Shown here: one piece after another, positions 29,726 through 39,507 of the stretch
Layout: every line of letters starts with the position of its first letter
How positions within the stretch are numbered: position 1 is the stretch's first letter
From: Steroidobacterales bacterium
GTDB taxonomy: Bacteria; Pseudomonadota; Gammaproteobacteria; Steroidobacterales; Steroidobacteraceae
Reading direction: 5' to 3'
DNA length: 64,000 nucleotides
NCBI GenBank assembly: GCA_038229815.1
Contig: JBBROC010000009.1
Span: 740-64,739 of the forward strand
Made by a program: the position numbers and the translations under genes
The notes under the pieces: model-generated
What the model was told of the DNA's origin: nothing
The model's database searches: none
The model's input: only the letters and a program-made list of their open reading frames with translations

Positions 29726-30871
29726 ATGCCCATGCCTTGCGGGGGCTCCATTGCCGCCAGCTTCAACAGCGCACGAATTGCCGTCGTTGCTGCCGCCGCG
29801 CCATTGCTGTTTGCCTGCTCCAGAAGTGCGCCACCGGCGCCCCCGGCGGTCGCAGTCGCGACCGTCACCATTACCCCGCATCCGGTCACCTTCCCCGAGG
29901 ACTATGTGGGGCAAACGGAAGCCGTCAACGCGGTCGAGATCCGACCGCGGGTAGGCGGCATGCTGGAGAAGCGCGTTCCCATCGAGGGCGAGCCGGTCAA
30001 GGCGGGACAGTTGTTGTTCGTCATCGATCGGGAACCCTACATCGCCGCCTTGGCGCAGGCGAAGGCGTCTCTCGCGCAGAGCGAAGCCGCCTCGATTCAG
30101 TCGCAACGCGACCTCAAGCGTGCCAAGTCTCTGTCCGAAATCGATGCGGTGAGCCAGCAGGAACTGGATGCAGCCGTGGCGAAGAACCAAGCCAATCTGG
30201 CGTCGATAGACGCGGCCAAAGCCGCCGTCAGGTCAGCAGATCTCAATCTCGGCTACACCACGATCTTGAGCCCGATCGACGGCGTGATGGGCCGCGCTCA
30301 ATTACGCCAGGGAGGCATGGTCACCGCCAACAGCACGTTGCTTACCACGATTTACGAAATCGACCGTATGTATGTGAATTTCAGCGTCAGCGAACAACGC
30401 TTGCTCAGCATGCAGCGCCAGCTCGGGCGCGCGCCGAGCCAGAATTCCAAGACGCCGCCACCGTTCCGTATATTTCTGGCGGACGGTTCGGAGTATCGAG
30501 AGACGCCCAGGCTCAACTTCATCGACCCGGCGGTGGATCCGCACACCGGCACGCTTGCGCTGCGCCTGGAAGTAGATAATCCGCGCCAACTGCTGCACGC
30601 AGGTCAATTTGCGCGGGTACAGGTGGCGGCCCAGCAAGATCCGAACGCGATCGTCGTGCCGCAGCGTGCAGTCCAGGATTTGCAGGGCAAGAATTATGTC
30701 TGGATAATCGATGCAGCGGGGCACGCGCAAGAGCGCGATGTGAAGCTGGGGCTCCGCGTCGGCTCTGACTGGCAGGTGCAGCAAGGCCTCAAGGCCGGCG
30801 ACATCGTCATCGTCGACGGCGTGCAACACCTCAAACCGGGAGCGCCGGTCAAAGCCGCTCCCTTGGCATGA
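29726..30871 (+). CDS. RND efflux periplasmic adaptor (membrane fusion) lipoprotein
   Basis: Lipobox (LLFAC), HlyD/MFP-type coiled-coil and barrel segments. Starts 1 nt after the receptor stop. Confidence 0.9.
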   Translation: MPMPCGGSIAASFNSARIAVVAAAAPLLFACSRSAPPAPPAVAVATVTITPHPVTFPEDYVGQTEAVNAVEIRPRVGGMLEKRVPIEGEPVKAGQLLFVIDREPYIAALAQAKASLAQSEAASIQSQRDLKRAKSLSEIDAVSQQELDAAVAKNQANLASIDAAKAAVRSADLNLGYTTILSPIDGVMGRAQLRQGGMVTANSTLLTTIYEIDRMYVNFSVSEQRLLSMQRQLGRAPSQNSKTPPPFRIFLADGSEYRETPRLNFIDPAVDPHTGTLALRLEVDNPRQLLHAGQFARVQVAAQQDPNAIVVPQRAVQDLQGKNYVWIIDAAGHAQERDVKLGLRVGSDWQVQQGLKAGDIVIVDGVQHLKPGAPVKAAPLA

Positions 30872-33800
30872 TCGATTACTTCATCGACCATCCGATCTTC
30901 TCCACGGTGCTGGCGATCATCATCACGATTGCCGGCGCCGTTTCGCTCTCTGGTCTGCCGATAGCACGTTTTCCGCAAATTACGCCCCCGACGATCGTGG
31001 TCTCGACCAGCTTTCCCGGCGCCGATGCCGCCACGATCGAGCAATCGATCGCAGCTCCGATCGAGCAGCAGGTCAACGGCGTGCCGCACATGATCTACAT
31101 GGATTCCAAGAGCGCCAATGACGGCAGCTACAGTCTGACCGTTTCCTTCGATGTCGGCACCGCGCAGGACATCGCGGCGGTTGACGTACAGAATCAAGTC
31201 GCCATCGCTCAGCGCCAGCTGCCGGCACAGGTGCTGCAGCAGGGCATTACGGTCGCCAAGCGTCAACCGCAGATTCTTCTCACCGTTGCCATCGGTTCCG
31301 ATAATCCACGCTACGACTATTTGTTTCTTTCCAATTTCGCAACGCTGCACGTCTACGACGCGTTGGCTCGCGTGCGCGGGGTCGGCCAGGTCGTGGTGTT
31401 CGGTGCCCGCGACTACGGCATGCGCATCTGGCTCGATCCGGCGAAGATGGCGCGCCTGGGCGTAACCACCCAGGATGTGACCGGCATCGTCAATGAGCAG
31501 AACGTCGTCGCGCCCGCCGGCAACATCGGGGCCGAACCAGCGCCGCCGGGGCAGCAAATGCAGTACGTCGCGTCGGTTAAAGGCCGTCTCTCGACACCGG
31601 AGGAATACGAGTCAATCGTCGTGCGCACCGGCCCCGACGGCGCCGTCGTGCATGTCAAGGACATCGCGCGAGTCGAACTCGCGGCCACCGATTATTCGCG
31701 CTCCACCAGGCTCAATGGCGTGCCCACCGCGATAATCGGGATCTTCCAATTGCCGGACGCTAATGCGCTGGAGGTGGCCCGCGGCGTGCGTGAGGCCATG
31801 GATGCGCTGGCGCCGACCTTCCCGGGGGGCATTCACTATTCCATTCCCTTCGATACCACGTTGTTCGTCTCCGAATCGGTGCATGAAGTCGTTAGGACTC
31901 TGCTGATCGCCGGAGTGCTGGTGCTGCTGGTCGTGTTCCTATTCTTGGAGAGCTGGCGCGCGACTCTCATACCGATGGTGGCAGTGCCGGTGTCGCTGAT
32001 CGGTGCCTTCAGCGCCTTCGTCGCGCTCGGCTTCTCGCTCAATACTCTCACGCTGTTCGCCCTAGTGCTCGCGATCGGTCTGGTCGTCGATGACGCCATC
32101 GTCGTGGTCGAAGCCGTCACCGAAATCATGGACAGCCGGAAGTTGCCGGCTCGCGAGGCGACCAAGGCGGCCATGAAGGAAGTGGCCGGACCCGTCATCG
32201 CAATCGCACTGGTGCTGGTTTCGGTGTTCGTGCCCGTCTCCTTCCTCGGCGGTCTGACCGGCCAGTTCTATCGGCAATTTGCGCTCACGCTCGCCGTATC
32301 GGTGTCCATATCGCTGATCGTCGCGCTGACGCTGACCCCGGCTCTGTGCGCCCTGCTGCTCAAACCCACCGATCAGTCGCACTTCGGGGGGTTGCCGGGA
32401 CGAGCTTTCGGGGCATTCAATCGAACCTTCAAGCGATTTACCGCGCGCTACACCGACTCGGTGCGCAACCGCATTCGCCGCACGGCGCAATCGATGATGC
32501 TGTTTCTCGTGCTGGGCGCGGCCGCATTTTGGCTGGTGTACAGCCGGCCCACAGGGTTCATGCCGGACGAGGATCAGGGTTACCTCATCGGGCTCGTCAC
32601 TCTGCCGCAGGGCGCCTCGATACAGCGCACCGAGGCGGTCGCGGACGCGTTCCGCAAGCAGTTGCGCGAACAGCCCGAAGTGCAGGATACCTTCGCGGTC
32701 ACCGGATTGAATCTGCTCACCGGCACCAACTCACCTTATGCCGCCACGATTTTCATGATATTGAAGCCCTGGGCCGTTCGCGGCGGAGGGGAACACGGTG
32801 CTCAGGCGCTGGCAGCCCGCGCCAATCGGCTCGGTTCCGCGGTCAAGGAAGCGAATGTTTTCGTTTTCAATCCGCCGCCTATTCCCGGTATCGGGACGGC
32901 CGGCGGCTTCGAGTTCATCCTCGAGGACCGCAGCGGCGGCGATATTCAAAAATTTGCCGCTGTTCTCGGTGATTTCATCGGCCAAGCGAACAAGCGTCCG
33001 GAACTCACTCGCGTGTTCACGCAGTTCAATACAAACACTCCCCAAATCGAGTTCGTGCTGGACCGCGAGCGCGCCAAAACTTTGGGAGTGTCCATCTCAA
33101 GCATCTTCTCCACCTTGCAAACCTTCCTGGGTGGCAGCTACATCAACGACTTCAATCTATACGGCCGCACGTACAAGGTGACCGCGCAGGCGGAGGCAGA
33201 TGCGCGCGCCGCGCCGGACGCCGTGAACGGCCTGTACGTAAGAACCGCGCAGGGCGATATGGTGCCGCTGTCCACACTGGTGACGATCAAACCCAAAACG
33301 GGGCCGGAGTATATCGAACGCTTCAACGTGTTCCGCGCGGCGACCATCAACGGCTCGCCGGCACTGGGCTACAGTTCTGGCCAAGCAACGCGGGCCATGG
33401 AGGAACTGGGGCGCGATTTGCCGAGCGGCTACGGCTATGACTGGAGCGGTACGACTTATCAGGAAAAGATCTCCAGTGGGCAGAGCGGAGCGATTTTCGG
33501 CATGGCAATCGTCTTCGTCTTCCTGGTGCTAGCCGCGCTTTACGAAAGCTGGGCGGTGCCGTTTGCCGTACTGCTGTGCATTCCTTTCGCCGTCTTGGGT
33601 GCCTACGGCGGCCTGGCCTTGTGCGGTATGCAGAACGACATTTATGCGCAGATCGGGCTCGTCATGCTGATCGGTCTGGCGGCCAAGAACGCCATTCTTA
33701 TCGTGGAGTTCGCCAAGCTTGAGTACGAGCGCGGCAAACCATTGGTGGAAGCATCGATTGCGGGCGCTCGCTTGCGGCTGCGGCCGATTTTGATGACATC

Positions 33801-34011
33801 ACTCGCCTTTATTTTCGGTTCGTTGCCGATGGCGATTGCCACCGGCGCCGGCGCCTCCGCCCGGCGGGTGCTCGGCACCGCGGTGGTATTCGGGATGAGC
33901 GCTGCCACGCTCGTCGGCATTTTTCTGATCCCCGTCTTCTATGTACTGATGCAAAGCCTTGCCGAGCACTTGCGGCGCGCGCGCAAGCCCGTGCGGGCGG
34001 CGCCCACATGA
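30868..34011 (+). CDS. RND efflux permease, HAE1 (AcrB/MexB-like)
   Basis: 1047 aa with the canonical N-terminus (FIDHPIFSTVLAIIITIAG...) and 12-TM architecture. ATGA overlap with the adaptor gene. Confidence 0.95.
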   Translation: MIDYFIDHPIFSTVLAIIITIAGAVSLSGLPIARFPQITPPTIVVSTSFPGADAATIEQSIAAPIEQQVNGVPHMIYMDSKSANDGSYSLTVSFDVGTAQDIAAVDVQNQVAIAQRQLPAQVLQQGITVAKRQPQILLTVAIGSDNPRYDYLFLSNFATLHVYDALARVRGVGQVVVFGARDYGMRIWLDPAKMARLGVTTQDVTGIVNEQNVVAPAGNIGAEPAPPGQQMQYVASVKGRLSTPEEYESIVVRTGPDGAVVHVKDIARVELAATDYSRSTRLNGVPTAIIGIFQLPDANALEVARGVREAMDALAPTFPGGIHYSIPFDTTLFVSESVHEVVRTLLIAGVLVLLVVFLFLESWRATLIPMVAVPVSLIGAFSAFVALGFSLNTLTLFALVLAIGLVVDDAIVVVEAVTEIMDSRKLPAREATKAAMKEVAGPVIAIALVLVSVFVPVSFLGGLTGQFYRQFALTLAVSVSISLIVALTLTPALCALLLKPTDQSHFGGLPGRAFGAFNRTFKRFTARYTDSVRNRIRRTAQSMMLFLVLGAAAFWLVYSRPTGFMPDEDQGYLIGLVTLPQGASIQRTEAVADAFRKQLREQPEVQDTFAVTGLNLLTGTNSPYAATIFMILKPWAVRGGGEHGAQALAARANRLGSAVKEANVFVFNPPPIPGIGTAGGFEFILEDRSGGDIQKFAAVLGDFIGQANKRPELTRVFTQFNTNTPQIEFVLDRERAKTLGVSISSIFSTLQTFLGGSYINDFNLYGRTYKVTAQAEADARAAPDAVNGLYVRTAQGDMVPLSTLVTIKPKTGPEYIERFNVFRAATINGSPALGYSSGQATRAMEELGRDLPSGYGYDWSGTTYQEKISSGQSGAIFGMAIVFVFLVLAALYESWAVPFAVLLCIPFAVLGAYGGLALCGMQNDIYAQIGLVMLIGLAAKNAILIVEFAKLEYERGKPLVEASIAGARLRLRPILMTSLAFIFGSLPMAIATGAGASARRVLGTAVVFGMSAATLVGIFLIPVFYVLMQSLAEHLRRARKPVRAAPT

Positions 34012-35435
34012 GGCGGCGCAAGCTGACGCCCGCCTCGCTCGGTGCAGCCGCGCTGATGCTGCTCGCCGCGGGCTGCACGGTAGGACCGAATTATCGGCGG
34101 CCGGCGACGAACACGCCCGCGGCGTATCGCTTCGAGCCCGATGCAGCCGCGGATTCCGTTGCCGATGGGGGTTGGTGGCAGGTCTATCAGGACCCGGCTC
34201 TTCAGGCGTTGATCCGTGAGTGTCTTGCCAACAACTTCGATGTGCGCATCGCTGCCGCGCGGGTCGATCAAGCGCACGCGGTGCTCGGTTCGACTCGGCT
34301 CCAGCAGATGCCGCAAATAGCCGCCACTGCGTCGGGCCTGCGGCAACGTACGTCGGCATACGAGCTGCCCCCCGGAATTCCGGCAATCCACAACGTGTTT
34401 ACGCTCGAAGGCAGCCTGTCCTATGAGATCGATTTCTGGGGCAAGTACCGCCGCGCGACCGAGGCGGCGCGCGCCCAGCTGTTGCGATCCGCCTATGCCA
34501 AAGAGGACGTCATGGCGGCGTTGGTAGCCAGCGTGGTCACCGACTATTTCACGTTGCAGACCCTCGACGAACAACTCGTCATCACTCATCGGACGCTCGA
34601 AACGCGTCAAAAATTCGTCGGTCTCACCCAAGCGCAACACGATCGCGGTACGGTATCGGACCTCGATGTGGCCACTGCCCAAGCGCAATTGGCCATCGCC
34701 CAGGCGAACCTGCCGGATCTTCTGCGCCGGATCGGGCAAACCGAAGATCAATTGAGCGTGCTGCTGGGCCATAATCCAGACCGAATATTGCGTGGTGGCG
34801 CCCGAGTGCTGCCGCCGGTGCCGGCCGCCGGACTTCCCTCGACACTTCTCGAGCGCCGCCCCGATTTGCGCGAAGCCGAGGATAATTTGATTGCGGCAAA
34901 TGCCCAGGTGGGTGTGGCAAAAGCGAACCTGTTCCCCAGCATTAGCCTCACGTCTCTCGGCGGCGGCGTCAGCGGTGCGCTGTCGTCATTGTTCACCGGT
35001 CAGGCGCGCGTCTGGTCCGCATCCGGCAACGCGACCCAGCCTCTCCTCAATTCGCAGCGAAGCGTCTACCAAGTAGAACTCGCCAACGCGCAAAAACGGG
35101 AGGCGCTCCTGCAGTACCAGAAAAGCGTTCAGACCGCCTTTCAAGAGGTCTCGGACGCGCTGATTGCGCGTCAGGAAGACGCCGATCTGCAAACCGCCGA
35201 TGAGGCCCAGGTCGATGCGCTACGGCGCTCGAGCACCATTGCCCTGGCGCGGTATCGCGTTGGCTATGCCTCCTACTTCAATGTCATTGACGCCAACCGC
35301 GATTTGTTCGCCGCGGAGCTGTCGCTCTCGTCCGCACGCCTCAATACGCTGCTCTCGGTGGTACAGCTTTACCGCGCCTTGGGAGGCGGCTGGCAGGCAG
35401 AGCCAGCTGCGCCGGCGGCCGCATCAGCACCGTAG
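34008..35435 (+). CDS. efflux outer-membrane factor lipoprotein (NodT family)
   Basis: Lipobox (LLAAGC), then VGPNY and WW..Y.D..L motifs. ATGA overlap with the permease gene. Confidence 0.92.
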   Translation: MRRRKLTPASLGAAALMLLAAGCTVGPNYRRPATNTPAAYRFEPDAAADSVADGGWWQVYQDPALQALIRECLANNFDVRIAAARVDQAHAVLGSTRLQQMPQIAATASGLRQRTSAYELPPGIPAIHNVFTLEGSLSYEIDFWGKYRRATEAARAQLLRSAYAKEDVMAALVASVVTDYFTLQTLDEQLVITHRTLETRQKFVGLTQAQHDRGTVSDLDVATAQAQLAIAQANLPDLLRRIGQTEDQLSVLLGHNPDRILRGGARVLPPVPAAGLPSTLLERRPDLREAEDNLIAANAQVGVAKANLFPSISLTSLGGGVSGALSSLFTGQARVWSASGNATQPLLNSQRSVYQVELANAQKREALLQYQKSVQTAFQEVSDALIARQEDADLQTADEAQVDALRRSSTIALARYRVGYASYFNVIDANRDLFAAELSLSSARLNTLLSVVQLYRALGGGWQAEPAAPAAASAP

Positions 35436-35488
35436 AATGATGCCGTTCCTGTTAATCTTGAGGGCCCTAGAGACCCGGAGGCGTTGAA

Positions 35489-35836
35489 ATGCCTACGCTT
35501 TTCGAAAAAATAATTTCGGGCGACGTGCCGGCCACGGTGGTATACCGCGACTCCCGAGTTATTGCTTTTTTGGACATCCGGCCGGCTGCCCCGGTGCATA
35601 TACTGGTTGTCCCTCACAAACCTATTCCCACCGCCAACGATGTCAGCGACGAGGACGAAGCCCTGATCGGCCACATGTTCATTGTTGCGCGGGACCTGGC
35701 GCGGCAGCAGGGCGTCGCAGAAAGCGGCTACCGATTGACTATCAATTGCAATGCGGATGGCGGTCAGGAGGTCTACCACCTGCATTTGCATCTGCTCGGC
35801 GGGAGGCCGCTCGGCCCGATGGTCAAGCGAGCTTAA
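35489..35836 (+). CDS. HIT-family (histidine triad) nucleotide-binding protein
   Basis: 115 aa with the HLHLHLLGG histidine triad. Confidence 0.9.
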   Translation: MPTLFEKIISGDVPATVVYRDSRVIAFLDIRPAAPVHILVVPHKPIPTANDVSDEDEALIGHMFIVARDLARQQGVAESGYRLTINCNADGGQEVYHLHLHLLGGRPLGPMVKRA

Positions 35837-35842
35837 GGATCC

Positions 35843-36937
35843 ATGAGAGGAAAATCGATGAAGAAGAAAAAGGCGGTGCAAGCCAAACCGCGAGTCATGC
35901 CGCCGCGGCCCGCACCCAAGCGCAGTTCGGTCACAAAAAAAACTGCCGAGGCGCGCGCTGCGTCCGTCCAGCGTCAGCGCAATGGCGAACGCCGCGAACT
36001 GTATCCGGCCCTGGGGCCCTTTCGTCATGGCTACCTGCGCGTCTCGGATGTCCATGAGATTTACTACGAAGAATGCGGTAATCCGGCAGGCAAGCCAGCC
36101 GTATTTTTGCATGGCGGGCCGGGAGCCGGCTCGGATAAGCGCGCACGGCAATTCTTTGACCCACAACACTACCGCATCGTGGTGTTCGATCAGCGAGGTT
36201 GCGGGCGCAGCCGTCCCAGTGCGAGCCTGATCGAGAATACGACGTGGCATTTGGTCGCCGACATTGAACGGTTGCGCAAGCATCTTGAGATCGAGCGCTG
36301 GCTCGTGTTCGGCGGATCCTGGGGCAGCACATTGGCGCTGGCCTACGCGGAAGCAAATCCGGACCGCGTCAGCGAGCTCGTGCTGCGCGGGATCTTCCTG
36401 CTGCGCTATTCGGAAATCCGCTGGTTCTATCAGCATGGCGCGTCGGAAATATTTCCCGATGCCTGGGAAGCCTACCGCGACACGATTCCGCCTGACGAGC
36501 GCGATGATTTTCTGAGCGCCTACCATAAACGCCTGGTCGGCAGCGATCAACGAGTCGCGCTTGCGGCGGCCCGCGCGTGGTCGGTATGGGAAGCGTCCGC
36601 CAGCTTCTTGTACAGCAACGGCGACAACATCAAGAAATGGGGCGAGGACCAGTTCGCGGTCGCAGTGGCGCGAATCGAATGCCACTACTTCGTGAATCGA
36701 GGATTCCTGCGCAGCGAAGGTCAATTGCTCGACGATGTGCCGCGCATCCGCCATATTCCTGCGACCATCGTGCAGGGACGCTACGACGTCGTATGCCCCG
36801 CAACCGGCGCGTGGGATTTACATCGTGCGTGGCCCGAGGCGGACTTGCGCATCGTGCCGGATGCAGGACACTCGGCATTCGAGGCGGGTAATTCTCACGA
36901 GCTCGTACTCGCGACGGATCGATATCGTAGCCGCTAA
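35843..36937 (+). CDS. pip: prolyl aminopeptidase (proline iminopeptidase) with a basic N-terminal extension
   Basis: Alpha/beta hydrolase with HGGPG and GGSWGSTL motifs. About 45 extra Lys/Arg-rich residues precede the usual ELYP start. Confidence 0.88.
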   Translation: MRGKSMKKKKAVQAKPRVMPPRPAPKRSSVTKKTAEARAASVQRQRNGERRELYPALGPFRHGYLRVSDVHEIYYEECGNPAGKPAVFLHGGPGAGSDKRARQFFDPQHYRIVVFDQRGCGRSRPSASLIENTTWHLVADIERLRKHLEIERWLVFGGSWGSTLALAYAEANPDRVSELVLRGIFLLRYSEIRWFYQHGASEIFPDAWEAYRDTIPPDERDDFLSAYHKRLVGSDQRVALAAARAWSVWEASASFLYSNGDNIKKWGEDQFAVAVARIECHYFVNRGFLRSEGQLLDDVPRIRHIPATIVQGRYDVVCPATGAWDLHRAWPEADLRIVPDAGHSAFEAGNSHELVLATDRYRSR

Positions 36938-37024
36938 GAGCCTGCCGCCGGCGCTCTGCTCGACGGCGACGGCGTATTTGTGCCAGAGTCCGGACTGCGG
37001 ATGAAAACGGAGAGGCCGTAAGCC

Positions 37025-37498
37025 ATGTCGGAACTCGCCACGTTGGGATTGGCGCGCGCCGCCGATGCACGTGAAATTGCGGAGATGTCGCGCGACTTGA
37101 TCGAGCAGGGACTGACCTGGTCCTGGACACCGGCGCGCGTGCAGCATTTCATTTCCGGATCGGAATCCTCAGTGGTGGTCGCGAGACGCGAGCGGCATAT
37201 TGCCGCATTCGGCATCATGCACTTCGGGGAAGATGTGGCGCACCTGAATTTGCTCGCCGTGGCACCGGAGCATCGCCGGCAAGGGCTTGGGCGCCAGCTC
37301 ATGAGCTGGCTCACCGTCACAGCAATTGAAGCCGGTATTTTTCGCATCAGCCTCGAATTGCGCAAATGCAATGAACCGGCGCGCGCCTTCTACGAACGCT
37401 TGGGGTTTGACCTGCTCGGCGTCGTCCAGGGTTATTACCAAGGCCGGGAAGCGGCAGTGAAAATGTCCCGCTGTCTTGCGAAAGGGCCGTTTCGCTAG
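37025..37498 (+). CDS. GNAT-family N-acetyltransferase (RimI-like)
   Basis: 157 aa with the acetyl-CoA-binding motif RRQGLGRQLM. Confidence 0.8.
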   Translation: MSELATLGLARAADAREIAEMSRDLIEQGLTWSWTPARVQHFISGSESSVVVARRERHIAAFGIMHFGEDVAHLNLLAVAPEHRRQGLGRQLMSWLTVTAIEAGIFRISLELRKCNEPARAFYERLGFDLLGVVQGYYQGREAAVKMSRCLAKGPFR

Positions 37499-37513
37499 GC
37501 GCGGAGTTACTCC

Positions 37514-38374
37514 ATGACCGACTTGAACTCAGTGCGTTTATTCGGTCCCACACGGCGGCGCGTGGCGCCCGTCGGCCAGGGGTCTTGGAAAATCGAGGAA
37601 TCAAAGTCCGATTCCACCATCGCAGCCATGCGCCGTGGTCTCGATCTTGGCCTGACTCACATCGATACGGCAGAAATGTACGGGTCGGGCGACGCCGAGC
37701 TCATGGTGGGCGAAGCGATAGCGGGGCGGCGCGATGAGGTTTTCCTGGTCTCGAAGGTGCTGCCGACCAATGCCTCGAGACGCGGCACGCTTGCGGCGTG
37801 CGAGAAATCGCTAAGCCGCCTGCGGACCGACCGGCTGGATTGCTATTTGCTGCACTGGCGCGGTTCCTCTTCCCTGGAGGAAACGATTGCGGCCTTCGAC
37901 ACATTGGTGAAAGACGGCAAGATTTTGTCCTGGGGTGTTAGTAACTTCGACGTCGGAGACCTCGACCAGGTCGCCGCCATAGCGGGTGCGGGACACCCGG
38001 CATGCAACCAGGTGCTGTACCACCTAGAAGAACGAGCGATCGAGCATGCGGTGCTGCCTTGGTGCCAACGACATGGCACCGCCATGGTGGCATACACGCC
38101 TTTCGGCCAATCGAAGAGTGTCTTCGATGCTCGGACCAGACAAGGCAAAGTGCTCTCCGAAATTGCCGAGACGCACCACGCCACCGCGCGCCAGGTCGCA
38201 CTGCGATTCTTGCTGCGCAATCCCGAGGTGTTTGTGATCCCCAAGGCTGCCACCATTGCGCACGTCACCGAGAACGCGGGTGCGATTGCTTTCGAATTGA
38301 ACGAAGCAGAGCTGGCCCAAATCGATGCGGTATTTCCGCGCGGCCGGCCGCAGCGCGGGCTGCCGATGATTTAG
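37514..38374 (+). CDS. aldo/keto reductase
   Basis: 286 aa with AKR motifs (IDTAEMYG, LDCYLLHW). GGAG upstream of the ATG. Confidence 0.88.
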   Translation: MTDLNSVRLFGPTRRRVAPVGQGSWKIEESKSDSTIAAMRRGLDLGLTHIDTAEMYGSGDAELMVGEAIAGRRDEVFLVSKVLPTNASRRGTLAACEKSLSRLRTDRLDCYLLHWRGSSSLEETIAAFDTLVKDGKILSWGVSNFDVGDLDQVAAIAGAGHPACNQVLYHLEERAIEHAVLPWCQRHGTAMVAYTPFGQSKSVFDARTRQGKVLSEIAETHHATARQVALRFLLRNPEVFVIPKAATIAHVTENAGAIAFELNEAELAQIDAVFPRGRPQRGLPMI

Positions 38375-39507
38375 GCCGGCAAGCGCAGAATTTGCGGGCC
38401 TATGGCGTCGATCGTCGACGTTCCTGTCAAGGCCAGGGTTACCCGCAGCTCATTGCGCATGATCTCGACTGCCTTGGTAACGCCTGCCTGACCGGCGGCG
38501 GCCAATGCATAAAGAAACGATCTGCCGATCAAAGTTCCCCGGGCGCCCAAGGCCAGAGCCTTGGCTATGTCTTGGCCCGATCGGATGCCGCCGTCGAACA
38601 GGACCTCACAGCGGCCGTCGATCGCTGCCACGATTTCCGGCAGCACCCTGATGGAGGACGGCGCGCCATCGAGTTGCCGCCCGCCATGATTCGATACGAC
38701 GACCGCGTCGGCACCTGCCGCGAGGCAAAAACGGGCGTCCTCGGCATCCATCACTCCCTTCAAAATAAGCTTCCCGGGCCAGCGGCTTCTGACCCATTCC
38801 ACATCGCGCCAATTTGCAGACGCATCGAATTGCGTCGCGGTCCACTCTGAAAGCGTGCGAATTCCGCTCGACCCGCCGATGCGGCCGGCCAGATTTCCGA
38901 ACGTGCGCCGCCTGCCGAAAAGCACGCTAAGCGCCCATGATGGCTTCGTGGCCACATCCAGAGCATTGCGTAGCGTAAGCCGCGGCGGGATCGTGAGGCC
39001 GTTGCGGGGGTCGCGGCGCCGCTCACCCAGTACCTGCAGATCGAGCGTCAGCATGAGCGCAGAACACTGCGCAGCGGCAGCGCGCTCGATGAGTTCCTGA
39101 TTGAAGCCGCGATCCTTCATGAGGTATTGCTGGAACCAAAACGGCTGCTGCGTAGCTTCTCGCACATCTTCGATGGAACAGATGGACATCGTACTCATGC
39201 AGTAGGGAATTCCGCATGCCGCCGCCGCCCGCGCCGCCAGAATCTCTCCGTCCGCGTGAAACAGGCCGGCAAGTCCGGTCGGGCCGATCGCAAGCGGCAA
39301 CGACACAGGCGTACCCACCAACGTCGTTCCAAGCGATACGTTCGACACGTCCACCATGACCCGTGGGCGAAACGTCATGGCATCCAGATCTTCGGTATTG
39401 CGCATCAACGTGCGTTCATCGTAGGAGCCGCCCGCGGCGTAGTCGAAAATGGCCCGCGGGATCCGTCTTCTTGCGAGCTCGCGCAAATCGCCGATGTTGA
39501 GAATCAT
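38371..39507 (-). CDS. FMN-dependent alpha-hydroxy-acid dehydrogenase/oxidase (LldD / glycolate-oxidase family)
   Basis: 378 aa with family motifs (...SNHGGRQLD..., DGGIRSG.D). ATGA overlap with the tricorn-like gene's stop. Confidence 0.88.
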   Translation of the reverse strand: MILNIGDLRELARRRIPRAIFDYAAGGSYDERTLMRNTEDLDAMTFRPRVMVDVSNVSLGTTLVGTPVSLPLAIGPTGLAGLFHADGEILAARAAAACGIPYCMSTMSICSIEDVREATQQPFWFQQYLMKDRGFNQELIERAAAAQCSALMLTLDLQVLGERRRDPRNGLTIPPRLTLRNALDVATKPSWALSVLFGRRRTFGNLAGRIGGSSGIRTLSEWTATQFDASANWRDVEWVRSRWPGKLILKGVMDAEDARFCLAAGADAVVVSNHGGRQLDGAPSSIRVLPEIVAAIDGRCEVLFDGGIRSGQDIAKALALGARGTLIGRSFLYALAAAGQAGVTKAVEIMRNELRVTLALTGTSTIDAIGPQILRLPA

